From sequence record MW735835.1: a stretch of DNA of 64,000 bases. One strand, 5' to 3'. Under the pieces are notes generated by a model that saw only the letters and a program-made list of their open reading frames with translations, did not search any database and was not told where the DNA came from. The stretch's first letter is position 1, and each line of letters begins with the position of its first letter. A program made the translations under genes and the position numbers. The stretch is from Pseudomonas phage pPa_SNUABM_DT01. This document shows, in pieces, positions 1 to 9,168 of this stretch.

Positions 1-110
1 GCTATAAGGTCACCGACATGATCGGTGGCATGGGTGTCATTCCCGACAAAAAGAAAGAACGGCCAGTGATCAAGGCAATGAGCCTGGCCGAGTTGTTCAA
101 ACTCAAATAA
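1..110 (+). CDS. 3' end of an upstream CDS (partial), hypothetical protein
   Basis: Open frame from the window edge to TAA at 108-110 (...IGGMGVIPDKKKERPVIKAMSLAELFKLK*), same strand as the following operon. Confidence 0.35.
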   Translation, partial: YKVTDMIGGMGVIPDKKKERPVIKAMSLAELFKLK

Positions 111-122
111 CCTGGGGGCTGC

Positions 123-797
123 ATGCTTCGTTATCAACCGACACACAAGGGCTTCTTGCTCGCAATCGAAGGACCGGATGGGGCGGGCAAGTCTACCCTG
201 CGTACCTGGCTGAGCGACTGGTTCCAGTCCCACGGCATTACTGCGGTGATCACCCGTGAACCAGGCGGCACGCCTGAAGCCGAGATGATCCGTCAGGATA
301 TCCTGCGTAAGCGCGAACCCCATGAAGAACCTGTCTGTGCTTTGACCCAAGCGTTGAAGTTCATGGCTGCTCGTGCCCAGCACATCGACCGTGTGCTGAA
401 ACCTAACATCGTTGCGGGCGAGTTGGTCATCACTGACCGCTTCTGCGACAGCACCTTCGCGTACCAGAGCCAGGAGGGTGTGGACCTTGGCAAGCTGCGT
501 GCTATGCATGACGTGGCGTTTGACGGGTTCAAGCCAGACCTGACCATCTTGCTCGACGGGGACCCCAACATCTTCCGTGAGCGTATGGCAGGCCGTGGTG
601 AAGGCGCCTTGAACTTCTACGACCTCAAGCCCATGTCGTTCCATGAACAGTCTCGCCGGGTCTACAGCGAGTGTGCTTCGATGGATGCCAACCGTTACGC
701 GGTGATCGACGCGACCCAGAACTTCGAACAGGTTCAGGCACAGATCATCCCGTACCTGATGGACATCGACGCCTGGCTGCGTAAACGCCCAGCATAA
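123..797 (+). CDS. tmk: thymidylate (dTMP) kinase
   Basis: P-loop 'IEGPDGAGKST', 'TREPGGT' lid motif, overall collinear with E. coli Tmk (~210 aa). Confidence 0.85.
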   Translation: MLRYQPTHKGFLLAIEGPDGAGKSTLRTWLSDWFQSHGITAVITREPGGTPEAEMIRQDILRKREPHEEPVCALTQALKFMAARAQHIDRVLKPNIVAGELVITDRFCDSTFAYQSQEGVDLGKLRAMHDVAFDGFKPDLTILLDGDPNIFRERMAGRGEGALNFYDLKPMSFHEQSRRVYSECASMDANRYAVIDATQNFEQVQAQIIPYLMDIDAWLRKRPA

Positions 798-804
798 CCC
801 AGAA

Positions 805-838
805 GAGTGGAGGGATGACCCCTCCACTCCTTTGCCCT
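805..838 (+). terminator. stem-loop after tmk (gagtggaggg-atga-ccctccactc) followed by CTTTGCCC
   Basis: 10-bp perfect inverted repeat directly after the stop codon; weak U-tract. Confidence 0.5.
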
Positions 839-850
839 TAGGAGGGTATT

Positions 851-1183
851 ATGTCCATCATCATGACCACCATTTTGGCCGGTGAAGAAGAGCCCATGCA
901 GCCTGTGGGTATCGATCCACACGGCACTCATCGGTTCCTCGAGAATCGCATCGTTCGTGACCTGCTGGACTTTGCATCTCCCCGTGGCTTCGACCTGAAC
1001 CACATTGCAGTCCGTGGTCATGAAGGCCACTACTCTGATTCCGAGCATCGTCAGATGGCGCAGCTGATCGGTTACAGCGTTTGCGGTTACGGCACGTTGT
1101 CGTATGTCAATGATGCTTCGTACGAGGAAGCCTGGCGGCGGAGCCAAGCCCTCGAATCGGAAGACGATCCGAAAGAAGAGTGA
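851..1183 (+). CDS. hypothetical protein (110 aa, acidic C-terminus)
   Basis: ORF with GGAGGG RBS 8 nt upstream of ATG; high GC3 like neighbours. Confidence 0.5.
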   Translation: MSIIMTTILAGEEEPMQPVGIDPHGTHRFLENRIVRDLLDFASPRGFDLNHIAVRGHEGHYSDSEHRQMAQLIGYSVCGYGTLSYVNDASYEEAWRRSQALESEDDPKEE

Positions 1184-1223
1184 TCCTACATTACACCAAT
1201 ACAGTCACCTAGGAGAGACAGGA

Positions 1224-1619
1224 ATGTCTAACACCCGCGCTGAAGAGTTGGCTCTCGCCGTATCCTCGATAGAGACCAACGTCAACACCATCGAAGCATT
1301 GGTCGGTCAAGCGTACGCCAATGCTGATTTCAACTTCGTTACTGATTTCCGTGATTCCCGTGGCGCCAGCCTGGCTGAGTCCGGCGCCATCATGGGGGTC
1401 CTTGTCCGCCGTATGCAGGAGAACCTCAACTCCCTGGCGAACGTGCTTTACATTCGTGAACTGGAATCCCAACGGGAAGCCGTACCATGGCGTGAAATGG
1501 CAAAGGAAAACCGTCGTGTGGAAGCCATCTCGATGCTGCGCAAGTTCGCCAGCAATATCAGTTTCAGTGTCGGAGACGCTCGTGATGTGGTAGATGCCTA
1601 CCTCAAACACGGTTTCTGA
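1224..1619 (+). CDS. hypothetical protein
   Basis: ATG at 1224 preceded by 'taggagagacagga'; the longer ORF from 1104 would overlap the previous gene. Confidence 0.55.
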   Translation: MSNTRAEELALAVSSIETNVNTIEALVGQAYANADFNFVTDFRDSRGASLAESGAIMGVLVRRMQENLNSLANVLYIRELESQREAVPWREMAKENRRVEAISMLRKFASNISFSVGDARDVVDAYLKHGF

Positions 1620-1707
1620 CCACCCGGAATAGGTAGAGCAGACCTAAGGCCATATACTGGTATAAACCGTTTTGGATGCTCAAACCAACATCAATCGGAG
1701 AAACACC

Positions 1708-2745
1708 ATGCATACCACTCAAACCACCCACCATCGTATCTTCGCTACCAATCTCGGCGGGTCTGTGCTCGACGATGTAATGGCGGGCATTGGCGCAGAC
1801 TTCACTGGTGACGCTGGGGTATTTGACCTCGTCATCGCTGAGGGGGACGACTTCTCGCTGGACACCGTCATCCGTGACATGTTCCCAGCACGTCTGCTTC
1901 CTGACACCGCAGAAACCCCGTGGCACGTCGATCTGGGTGTCCTGGCTGAAAAGCTGGGCGAACTCTGCGAGCAGGAGGGCTACAAGCCTCAGACTGGCAT
2001 GTTCACCCGCAAGTACTACGAGGACGGCGTCCAGGCTTCCTGTGACATCTCCTGCATCGAACTGATGGACCTGCTGATGGCTTTGGCGGGCAACCATTAT
2101 AAGATCGAAGGTATCTACACCCAGTGGGCGATGCACAGCGACAAAGCGCAGTTTGGTGCTCACGCTGGTGGTACCCGCATCACCACCCGCCACTTCTCGG
2201 TGCCGTGCTTCACTCCGCCGGATCGGGCAGAGACCGTGATCAAGACTCTGGCCAAGCACAAGCTGTGCGAAGTCGGCGACTACTTCGTCAACGAGTTCAT
2301 CAACCCGATCCTGGATTGTGTCCCGGAAGGTCCGATGCAGGGTGCAGTGGAGCGTGCTGCCATTCGTTTTATGGGTGGCTATCGTGCACCGGTGTCCGAA
2401 GGCTTCCTGGCCAGTGTGTCTGAGCCTGCGGATAAGTCCGACGTGGCAGGAAACGAGGTGCCGGTGTTCGGTGGGGTCCCGATGGAGAAAACCGGTAAAG
2501 ACTGGACCGTTCGTGATCTGGACTACTACCGTAACTGGAACTTCAGGCAGGTTGGCATCCTCTCTGGGATTTCGGTGACTGAGGAAGACGCCATCTTCTA
2601 CATCGACTGGTTCGGTCTGAAACTTTCCGACTACCTGCACAATCAGCTGAAACTGCCAGCAGACTACGTGGCTACCGTCAAGGACATCCGTTCTCGTCTG
2701 CTCGCTGGTGAAGAACTCACCATCCCGAATCGCGAAAACAAGTGA
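1708..2745 (+). CDS. hypothetical protein (345 aa)
   Basis: ATG 1708 preceded by GGAG RBS; followed by a hairpin at 2753-2778. Confidence 0.6.
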   Translation: MHTTQTTHHRIFATNLGGSVLDDVMAGIGADFTGDAGVFDLVIAEGDDFSLDTVIRDMFPARLLPDTAETPWHVDLGVLAEKLGELCEQEGYKPQTGMFTRKYYEDGVQASCDISCIELMDLLMALAGNHYKIEGIYTQWAMHSDKAQFGAHAGGTRITTRHFSVPCFTPPDRAETVIKTLAKHKLCEVGDYFVNEFINPILDCVPEGPMQGAVERAAIRFMGGYRAPVSEGFLASVSEPADKSDVAGNEVPVFGGVPMEKTGKDWTVRDLDYYRNWNFRQVGILSGISVTEEDAIFYIDWFGLKLSDYLHNQLKLPADYVATVKDIRSRLLAGEELTIPNRENK

Positions 2746-2752
2746 CAAAATA

Positions 2753-2778
2753 GATAGAGGGACTTCGGTCCCTCTATC
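2753..2778 (+). terminator. hairpin gatagagggac-ttcg-gtccctctatc
   Basis: Perfect 11-bp stem with a TTCG tetraloop after the stop codon; no clear U-tract. Confidence 0.45.
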
Positions 2779-2790
2779 ATTCACCAATCT

Positions 2791-2811
2791 TTATCAGGAA
2801 TCATCATCGTG
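2791..2811 (+). promoter_or_regulatory. conserved translation-initiation box 'TTATCAGGAATCATCATCGTG'
   Basis: One of 5-6 near-identical 'ATCAAGGAAT(C/T)ATCATG' boxes in front of start codons (also 31041, 44527, 45494, 52717). Confidence 0.45.
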
Positions 2812-3489
2812 GCAGAAGCAGTTACCGAAATCGAATACGACACCCTTGAGCAGGAGTCCTCCGTACTGGAAATGTTCATGGCGATCAAGAACCCCAACGC
2901 CAAGAAAGTCAAGAAGCTCGCTGCCCGGCTTTATAACGAACTCCCGCTCGAGATCCAGAAGCGTCTGTGCCGTGACATCTACCGCGCACATGACCCGGTC
3001 CTCTACATGACCACCTGCTACAACAAGATCCACGATTGCGCCATCCTCGTGAAACAGTTCATCGAAGACGGCTGCCACGGGATGATCTTTACCGGCAAGA
3101 ACGGTACGGACACCTACCCGATCAAGTTGGACACCCGCACCAACTGGCTGAACGAAGGCAAACGCTGGGACCCCGAGCAGGAAATGATCATCCAGCATGA
3201 AGCCGTGAATTCATGGATGCGTGATCACGACAAGGGTTACTTCTTCGGCAAGGTCGTACTCTTCCCCACCTTCGGTTTCTCCGGTGAGCCTCGCATCATC
3301 GAGATGGCCTGCGGCGACACCGAGGGCATGGTCAAGTACCCGGGCACTGACTTCTACGTGAAGGCTGGTGCTGAACTCGATGTGCAGGCAGTAGCTAGGG
3401 CTCAGATCGACATGGATCGCCGTCGCAATGAAAAGTCCAAGCTACTCGACCACCAACTGAAGCAGGAGTTTGCCAAGCTTGCGAAATAA
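2809..3489 (+). CDS. hypothetical protein (226 aa, GTG start)
   Basis: ORF track; start sits inside the conserved initiation box; no recognisable motif. Confidence 0.55.
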   Translation: MAEAVTEIEYDTLEQESSVLEMFMAIKNPNAKKVKKLAARLYNELPLEIQKRLCRDIYRAHDPVLYMTTCYNKIHDCAILVKQFIEDGCHGMIFTGKNGTDTYPIKLDTRTNWLNEGKRWDPEQEMIIQHEAVNSWMRDHDKGYFFGKVVLFPTFGFSGEPRIIEMACGDTEGMVKYPGTDFYVKAGAELDVQAVARAQIDMDRRRNEKSKLLDHQLKQEFAKLAK

Positions 3490-3500
3490 CGAGGTGTAAG

Positions 3501-4181
3501 ATGAGCAGACCTGTCATTGATCTCATCGGGCAGCGTTTCAACATGTGGACGGTTAAAGATCTCCATAAGAACCGCTCTAAAGATGGGGGTTCTCGATGGG
3601 TCTGTGAGTGTGATTGTGGGGCGACCGGGGTGGTCTCTCGGCGCAACCTGGTTACAGGAAAATCCAAGTGTTGCGGCTGTTATGTCAGTGCGGAAGGGCT
3701 AGCCAATATCAGTCAGGCTAATTTCGTGCACGGCATGCGGACATCTCCAGAATACACCGCTTGGGCGGCGATGGTGCAACAATGCACTAATCCAAAGCAC
3801 ATCGACTTTTGGAGATACGGCGGGTCTGGAATCGGGATCGTCCCAGAATGGGAGGCGGACTTCGAGAACTTTCTTACCGACATGGGCCTACGACCCTCAC
3901 CGTTGCATCGGCTCGAACGTATCGACGATACGCAGGGGTTCTCCAAGGATAACTGTCAATGGTCCATGACAGCCCACAAGAAAAGAAAGATCGATTATAC
4001 TGGAACCCACACAATCCATGGCGAAGACCTCACCCTCCTTGAGATCGCTGAAAAATACAAGGTGCATTATTTTCGATTGCGGTACCGAGTCGCTAAGAAG
4101 GGACAGGCTGCTATCGATGCACTCAATGAATTACTGGAGCTAAAGAAAACATATGTCGCAGAAACTCTACATCGAGAATAA
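3501..4181 (+). CDS. free-standing homing-endonuclease-like protein (HNH-associated / AP2-type DNA-binding fold)
   Basis: N-terminal 'IGQRFNMWTV...RWVCECDCG...VSRRNLVTGKSKCCGC' and 'YTAWAAMVQQC...YGGSGIGIVPEWE..FENFLTDMG.RP...LERIDDTQGFSKDNCQW' match the pattern of phage stand-alone HNH/AP2-type endonucleases; codon usage is visibly more AT-rich than the flanking genes. Confidence 0.55.
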   Translation: MSRPVIDLIGQRFNMWTVKDLHKNRSKDGGSRWVCECDCGATGVVSRRNLVTGKSKCCGCYVSAEGLANISQANFVHGMRTSPEYTAWAAMVQQCTNPKHIDFWRYGGSGIGIVPEWEADFENFLTDMGLRPSPLHRLERIDDTQGFSKDNCQWSMTAHKKRKIDYTGTHTIHGEDLTLLEIAEKYKVHYFRLRYRVAKKGQAAIDALNELLELKKTYVAETLHRE

Positions 4182-4758
4182 CCAGGAAGTCCGTGATCTG
4201 ATCACCAAGTACGGCTTTGCGCAGAATGCACACGGTCGTTACTTCCTGGATGAACCGTTCCTGGATCATGCAGTCGTGGATGAAGAGTGCCCCGAGGGTT
4301 TCCGTCCGGTGGCATTGCATATCGTACCGTACACCATCGTTGAGGGTGAGATCATCTACTACGCTTTCAACAGCATGGGCTTGCCGACTATCTACGTCAG
4401 CTTCAGCATCACCCCGGACGACTTCGTCAACCACAAGGCCGGGGATGAACTGATGTCGCCTTGCCAGTCGATTGTGGGTAAGGTCATCCAAACCTTCGAT
4501 GCGCCACACATCGACCTGAAGGTGGACATCGACAAGTTCAAGTTCCCGGCAGTGGTCGATGGTGAGTTCGTGTGGTCGATGGAAGTCCAATCTGCTGACC
4601 ATCACACTGTGGATGAGCTGGTCGCTCAGTTGGGTTCCATCCTGGGGCGCGTCACCAAAGAGCAAATCATCAATGGTGACGTGGAAGTCAACAAATTGTC
4701 CAAGGACGTGGTCGCTTACAAGGCGCCTGACGTCGCTCCGGACATCACGGTGGGCTGA
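4153..4758 (+). CDS. hypothetical protein (201 aa)
   Basis: ORF track; start overlaps the end of the endonuclease-like gene; typical high GC3. Confidence 0.55.
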   Translation: MSQKLYIENNQEVRDLITKYGFAQNAHGRYFLDEPFLDHAVVDEECPEGFRPVALHIVPYTIVEGEIIYYAFNSMGLPTIYVSFSITPDDFVNHKAGDELMSPCQSIVGKVIQTFDAPHIDLKVDIDKFKFPAVVDGEFVWSMEVQSADHHTVDELVAQLGSILGRVTKEQIINGDVEVNKLSKDVVAYKAPDVAPDITVG

Positions 4759-4759
4759 C

Positions 4760-4987
4760 ATGATCTTCCTCAAGGTTACCGTCATCGCACTGATCGCGAT
4801 GCTTGTCCTGGCCTGGTTGGTTTATCGAGTCAGGCCGCGTTACACCAACTGGATCGACCACGACTGTGAGCGAGCCATGAGTTTCCTGATGTACCTGCGC
4901 ACGACTTGGAAGGAACGCCTGTTCGCCTTGGTCTGCCTGTGGATCATCGTCTACTACAGCCTCATCAATAACCCCTGGAGTTCGTAA
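4760..4987 (+). CDS. small membrane protein (75 aa, one TM)
   Basis: ATG 4760 overlaps the upstream stop (TGACATG); 'VIALIAMLVLAWLVY' hydrophobic segment. Confidence 0.45.
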   Translation: MIFLKVTVIALIAMLVLAWLVYRVRPRYTNWIDHDCERAMSFLMYLRTTWKERLFALVCLWIIVYYSLINNPWSS

Positions 4988-4988
4988 C

Positions 4989-5354
4989 ATGGGAGCCAAG
5001 GCGGCTATCCTGATTCACCTCTTTTCTATGGCGATGTTCATCACCTTGCTGGTGGCGTACATCATCCATGGGCTGATCTACCCACGGGTATCTGGAACGA
5101 TCCCGCTGGGCCCTCACACGGTCGACTACAAGGTCGGTCGAGTGCCGTTCTTCTCAGCACGCAAGTTCTTCGTCAAGTTGTACTACCGTTGGCAGTATGT
5201 CCCTGACTTGAACGGCTTCCTGCAAAGCAGTGCGGGTCGTGACTTGAAGTGCGAAGATAAGTCCTATTGGACACATCTCTTGGACTGCGGTCTTCTGTAT
5301 CCGGCATTGTATGTTTATGTCTATGCCGGATTAGACTGGCTGCTGTTCGGATGA
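4989..5354 (+). CDS. membrane protein (121 aa)
   Basis: N-terminal TM 'AILIHLFSMAMFITLLVAYIIHGLI'; starts 2 nt after the previous stop. Confidence 0.5.
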   Translation: MGAKAAILIHLFSMAMFITLLVAYIIHGLIYPRVSGTIPLGPHTVDYKVGRVPFFSARKFFVKLYYRWQYVPDLNGFLQSSAGRDLKCEDKSYWTHLLDCGLLYPALYVYVYAGLDWLLFG

Positions 5355-5358
5355 TAAT

Positions 5359-5389
5359 AAGGTCGGGATAACACCCGACCCTTTATTTT
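5359..5389 (+). terminator. intrinsic terminator ggtcggg-ataaca-cccgacc + CTTTATTTTT
   Basis: 7-bp GC stem followed by a T-rich tract. Confidence 0.7.
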
Positions 5390-5403
5390 TGAGGGGTCCT
5401 GTC

Positions 5404-5580
5404 GTGGAAGTGTCACTCAAAGCAATCCTGTTCTTCGCAACGCTGTTCCTCATCATCTCCTTCTGTACGTTGGAGGTGAAAAGAAAAGAGTGGGTCGACA
5501 TGATCCGCATCATGCAGTGTGTCTTCTTCGGGGCCATCATCTGCATGTCCTTGACCGGGCTAGACATAGCCGGTTTTTAA
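5404..5580 (+). CDS. small hydrophobic protein (59 aa), start uncertain
   Basis: GTG 5404 with GAGGGG 10 nt upstream; two predicted TM stretches. Confidence 0.3.
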   Translation: MEVSLKAILFFATLFLIISFCTLEVKRKEWVDMIRIMQCVFFGAIICMSLTGLDIAGF

Positions 5581-5657
5581 GTACCTTGTGTGCATCATCT
5601 ATGACAAACACTCGGGCTGAGGACACATCCTCAGCCCACTATTCCGAGGTACCGGTA

Positions 5658-6065
5658 ATGAATGCTTTTGGTATCAAGCAAGCCACTCTTCCTAAAGCTC
5701 CTGTCACCTGTGGCCGGATCATCGTCACGATGCCCACTCTGGAGCACGTGAAGGCTCTCCAGTTTCTGCTGAAGGACAATGGCATCAGTCAGGAAGAGCC
5801 CATCCGTTACGAGGATTTCATCGCCAAGCCGAGTGATTACCCGGACAAGACCCGGTTGATCTGGCTGTTCCTCGAGAACCCGATGCAAATCTACTCAGTG
5901 ATGGACCCGTTGACCATGTTCATGTGCGACGAGATCTTCGCTCTGGTTGGCAGGGCGGTCATTGTAACGCGCGACCAGTCTGGCAAACGCTGGGGCGTCA
6001 ATGATGGTCCGTCGACGGAACACCTCGGTCAGTTCTGGGATGCGTTCGCTTACGTGAACCGTTAA
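5658..6065 (+). CDS. hypothetical protein (135 aa)
   Basis: ATG 5658 with GAGGT RBS; the longer ORF from 5490 would run through a hairpin (5613-5636). Confidence 0.5.
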   Translation: MNAFGIKQATLPKAPVTCGRIIVTMPTLEHVKALQFLLKDNGISQEEPIRYEDFIAKPSDYPDKTRLIWLFLENPMQIYSVMDPLTMFMCDEIFALVGRAVIVTRDQSGKRWGVNDGPSTEHLGQFWDAFAYVNR

Positions 6066-6114
6066 TAAAACCATCTGTCTGATCATCTATAGACAATAAT
6101 AGCAAGGGGCCACC

Positions 6115-6840
6115 ATGTACAAACGTAAAGACACGATCGCCTTGGAGGCGGTGTTGTTGGAGAAGGGCTTGGATCTAAACACCGAGCTGGAGATCCTGGA
6201 TGCCTGCAAACCTACGGCGAAAGATCTGTACGCTTCCCTGGCTTGTGCTCGCCGCCTGTTAGGCTATGGCATTGCTGTGCCGAACGTAACCATCGAACCC
6301 CGCAACACTTTGGTCGTGATGCAAGATATCGCGCTCAAGGGCGCTGACGGGGTCCACCTGGTCGTACGGACACAGTTCGATGAGAACCTGCACCTAGACC
6401 GCTGTGACGTCATTATCAAAGGCGTTGTGCTCAAGGATCAAGGCCCTCGGGGCGGTGAACACACCGGCTACCTGTACTCCAAAGTGGAGATCACGACACT
6501 GGTTACGGTAACGCAGCTACTCGCTACGTTCGTCACTGACCTGTTCAAGCTGGTCTTCAACAGTGAATACGAAGAGGACCTGGTCCACATGGTCCTTCTC
6601 GAGGGTGTCGAGCTGAAGCGCGATCTGCCGATCCACTTCGCCAATCACTACCATGATGTCATCCTCAAGGACCACCCGTCCGTTGATGATCCGATTGGGG
6701 GTTACCCCGACCTGATCAAAGTGGCAGCGCTGTTGTTCCATCGCAACTGTCCAGACCAGGACAGCGTGATGTTCGTTCTCGAAAAGGGCGAAGAAGACGG
6801 CCATGCGGTCCTTGCCGTTCAGGTAGAGGAAGAGGCTTAA
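6115..6840 (+). CDS. hypothetical protein (241 aa)
   Basis: ORF track; 'aaggggccaccATG' RBS. Confidence 0.55.
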   Translation: MYKRKDTIALEAVLLEKGLDLNTELEILDACKPTAKDLYASLACARRLLGYGIAVPNVTIEPRNTLVVMQDIALKGADGVHLVVRTQFDENLHLDRCDVIIKGVVLKDQGPRGGEHTGYLYSKVEITTLVTVTQLLATFVTDLFKLVFNSEYEEDLVHMVLLEGVELKRDLPIHFANHYHDVILKDHPSVDDPIGGYPDLIKVAALLFHRNCPDQDSVMFVLEKGEEDGHAVLAVQVEEEA

Positions 6841-6905
6841 CGGCCTTGACCCAGGGGAGGATGATCTTATGACACAATCCAATAAAGTAACTTCGGGTAT
6901 TGTCT

Positions 6906-7391
6906 ATGGATCGAACTCCCCTGGCGCTTTGGGCTAAGCACCTCATAAGGGCCGCCATTGACTACTTCAATGAACGCTCGACCAAAGCCTGTCTTATCGT
7001 TGACAACACCATTCTCAAGGATGGGGTCCTGGCCGCAATGGCTCAGGAGAACAACAGCAGTGACTTCATTGTCTGTGTCGCACCGGGTTTCACCACCCAG
7101 TTAGATTTCGGAGACGCTGATCTGACCATCAGTGTGAAGTTCCACGATGCTGCCCATTCAATGGTCATCCCGTACCACGCGATTCGTGCAGTGATTGCTG
7201 CCGACAGCGGTGGTGTGCTGACCGAGAACGGCCACATTAACATCATCAGCGTCCCGCCGGTTGTGTACCCGCCTGCGTCCCGCTACCGTAATGAAGAAGA
7301 ACTGGACAAGATTGCTCAGCAAGTGGTAGAGGAAGAAGTCCATGCCCAGCCCACGCAGTCTGAGCTTCAGCTAGTTGTACGGAGATCATGA
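6906..7391 (+). CDS. hypothetical protein (161 aa)
   Basis: ATG 6906; weak RBS, start uncertain. Confidence 0.45.
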   Translation: MDRTPLALWAKHLIRAAIDYFNERSTKACLIVDNTILKDGVLAAMAQENNSSDFIVCVAPGFTTQLDFGDADLTISVKFHDAAHSMVIPYHAIRAVIAADSGGVLTENGHINIISVPPVVYPPASRYRNEEELDKIAQQVVEEEVHAQPTQSELQLVVRRS

Positions 7392-7398
7392 GGAAACA

Positions 7399-7710
7399 AT
7401 GGTCGCACAAGTCTGGAATGACACCTTCGGGAAACTTGAGTCCTTTACTCAGGAACTGGAGAGAGTCAAGTCTTACGTAGCCCTGTCCGAACTCAAGCCG
7501 CTGTGGCGGATCATGAAGTCGATTCAGTTGCGCTACCTTCCTGTGCTGGACGAGGATCTTTCTCGTCGGCTTGAGAAGATGATTGAGAAGCTGGAGATTC
7601 AGGACGTGACGCCCACGGCCTACTCCGAAGATGCTGCTCGCACCATGTTAGGTAACCTCGGGTACTCGTGCTCCATCGACCCAGATTCCTTCGATGAGGA
7701 AGATCGTTAA
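7399..7710 (+). CDS. hypothetical protein (103 aa)
   Basis: ATG 7399 preceded by GAGGAAA, 8 nt after the upstream stop. Confidence 0.5.
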   Translation: MVAQVWNDTFGKLESFTQELERVKSYVALSELKPLWRIMKSIQLRYLPVLDEDLSRRLEKMIEKLEIQDVTPTAYSEDAARTMLGNLGYSCSIDPDSFDEEDR

Positions 7711-7756
7711 GTCCTTGTCGTCCCACCCAAGCCAACACCAGTAGTAAGGGAACACC

Positions 7757-8410
7757 ATGAAGAAAGAGAACATTCCCAATCCGCGTACTTTCCTCGGTCA
7801 CCCGATCGTGTTCGTCGACTCGTACGAGCAAGTCGGCCGGATCGTTGCCACCCAGGGTCACATTGGCGAGTTCTTCGTTATCGGAGACAACGTCAAGAAG
7901 CCTGGCGCGGCTGTCGAAGCGATTTTCAAAGATCACTTCGTCAAGCAATTCCGCATTCGTTCTTCTGGTTCATGGAATTCCCTGTTCCGAGCCATGGCTG
8001 ACGTCGACACTGCACGTGAGGATGGTACTCACTACAGTGAGGCTCGCGACCTGATGTTCGTCTCGTTGCATTCGCCCCACGACATCAGCTCGGCACTGAA
8101 CCGTCATCGCGCACTGAACAACATCACGTGCCGCGAGATGTACTGGCTCGACACCATCCACCTCGGTGAAGAAGCCGACGACCTGGTTGACATGGCCCTC
8201 AAGACCATGCCCTCGGTCATCACCCCGGTCCGTTACTCTGACCTGACCATTGCTCAGCGTTTCGACCTGACCGCCTTCGAGTTCGCTCGTTTCATGCGAC
8301 CGATCCATTGTGTGGATTCGGTGGACAACAGTTACAAGGGTGCTCCGTTCTACCCCGACCTCGTGATCAGTGGCCAGTTCAAGCTGCCTAACCGCATCAC
8401 ACCTGACTAA
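7757..8410 (+). CDS. hypothetical protein (217 aa)
   Basis: ORF track; 'agtaagggaacaccATG'. Confidence 0.55.
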   Translation: MKKENIPNPRTFLGHPIVFVDSYEQVGRIVATQGHIGEFFVIGDNVKKPGAAVEAIFKDHFVKQFRIRSSGSWNSLFRAMADVDTAREDGTHYSEARDLMFVSLHSPHDISSALNRHRALNNITCREMYWLDTIHLGEEADDLVDMALKTMPSVITPVRYSDLTIAQRFDLTAFEFARFMRPIHCVDSVDNSYKGAPFYPDLVISGQFKLPNRITPD

Positions 8411-8413
8411 TGC

Positions 8414-8446
8414 GAGGGGCTTCGGCCCCTCCTTCCTTTTCTTTTG
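8414..8446 (+). terminator. intrinsic terminator gaggggc-ttcg-gcccctc + CTTCCTTTTCTTTTG
   Basis: GC hairpin with TTCG loop and a T-rich tail. Confidence 0.7.
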
Positions 8447-8457
8447 AGAACACTGTT

Positions 8458-8736
8458 ATGATGACGCACTACCAACACCAGGATGATCACATCGTCATTG
8501 GTTCTGTCGCCGGTGACGAGGAAGCTCTGGCCAGCCTACTGAACAAGTTCAGTGACGCCGGTATCCAGCCCACGTTGATCAACCTGATCCATGAGGATGA
8601 TCTGCACCTGATGATGGTGCACCACAAGGGCTTCGACGAAGCCACCTTGGCCGACCCGCAGAAAGCTCTGGCCAAGGTGAAAGAGATCCTCAATCCTTTC
8701 GCTGACGGCTTCACGGTCGCCCCTGAACAGCCGTAA
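8458..8736 (+). CDS. hypothetical protein (92 aa)
   Basis: ATG 8458 downstream of the terminator; 'gagaacactgttATGATG'. Confidence 0.5.
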   Translation: MMTHYQHQDDHIVIGSVAGDEEALASLLNKFSDAGIQPTLINLIHEDDLHLMMVHHKGFDEATLADPQKALAKVKEILNPFADGFTVAPEQP

Positions 8737-8772
8737 GGAGCCATTATGTCATTCCACGAGGGTCACTACACA

Positions 8773-8800
8773 CGCTAGCCTCCATCATGTCGATGGAGGC
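8773..8800 (+). promoter_or_regulatory. inverted repeat gcctccatc-atgtc-gatggaggc immediately upstream of gene 8820
   Basis: 9-bp perfect inverted repeat 20 nt before the start codon; operator-like or 5'-UTR structure. Confidence 0.35.
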
Positions 8801-8819
8801 GCGAAAGTGAGTGACCAAG

Positions 8820-9074
8820 ATGTCTTACGACAAAGTATCCAAGCGCCTCAAGCGCCATCAGGATGCAGTGGCTGTGAATCAGCAACTGGCTATCTGCAAG
8901 TTTCACGAAGCGGTCGTGACGGAACCTTCTGGAGTCTTCCGTAAACGACATGCGCTGAACTGCGGACGGTCCAAATGCTTTCTTTGCTCCAATCCGCGGC
9001 GGCGGTTTAAAGCCATTACCTTGCCTGAACGTAGGGTAAACGAGGCGATGAAGTACGAACTGTTGTTCATCTAA
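8820..9074 (+). CDS. small Cys-containing protein (84 aa), possible Zn-binding
   Basis: 'CKFHE...NCGRSKCFLCSNPRRR' four-Cys/His pattern; basic. Confidence 0.4.
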   Translation: MSYDKVSKRLKRHQDAVAVNQQLAICKFHEAVVTEPSGVFRKRHALNCGRSKCFLCSNPRRRFKAITLPERRVNEAMKYELLFI

Positions 9075-9075
9075 A

Positions 9076-9106
9076 CATAGAGGGAGGCTTCGGCCTCCCT
9101 CTATGC
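9076..9106 (+). terminator. hairpin catagagggaggc-ttcg-gcctccctctatg followed by CCG
   Basis: 13-bp perfect stem, TTCG loop. Confidence 0.55.
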
Positions 9107-9168
9107 CGTGACACAAGTGTTTTTGAACAAACCTGACCTATTCGATAGGTAACCAAGAGGATGCCGTC

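Noticed and set aside
1603-2787. 394-aa minus-strand ORF antisense to gene 1708-2745
   Set aside because: High-GC genomes generate long antisense ORFs. The sense gene has an RBS, sits in the co-directional operon and is followed by a terminator hairpin. The antisense product is low-complexity (Arg/Val/His-rich).
5613-5636. hairpin gggctgagga-cacatc-ctcagccc, considered as the 5' end of a longer gene starting at 5601
   Set aside because: ATG 5658 has a better RBS and the hairpin more plausibly terminates or insulates the upstream small-membrane-protein genes. It is kept only as a note.
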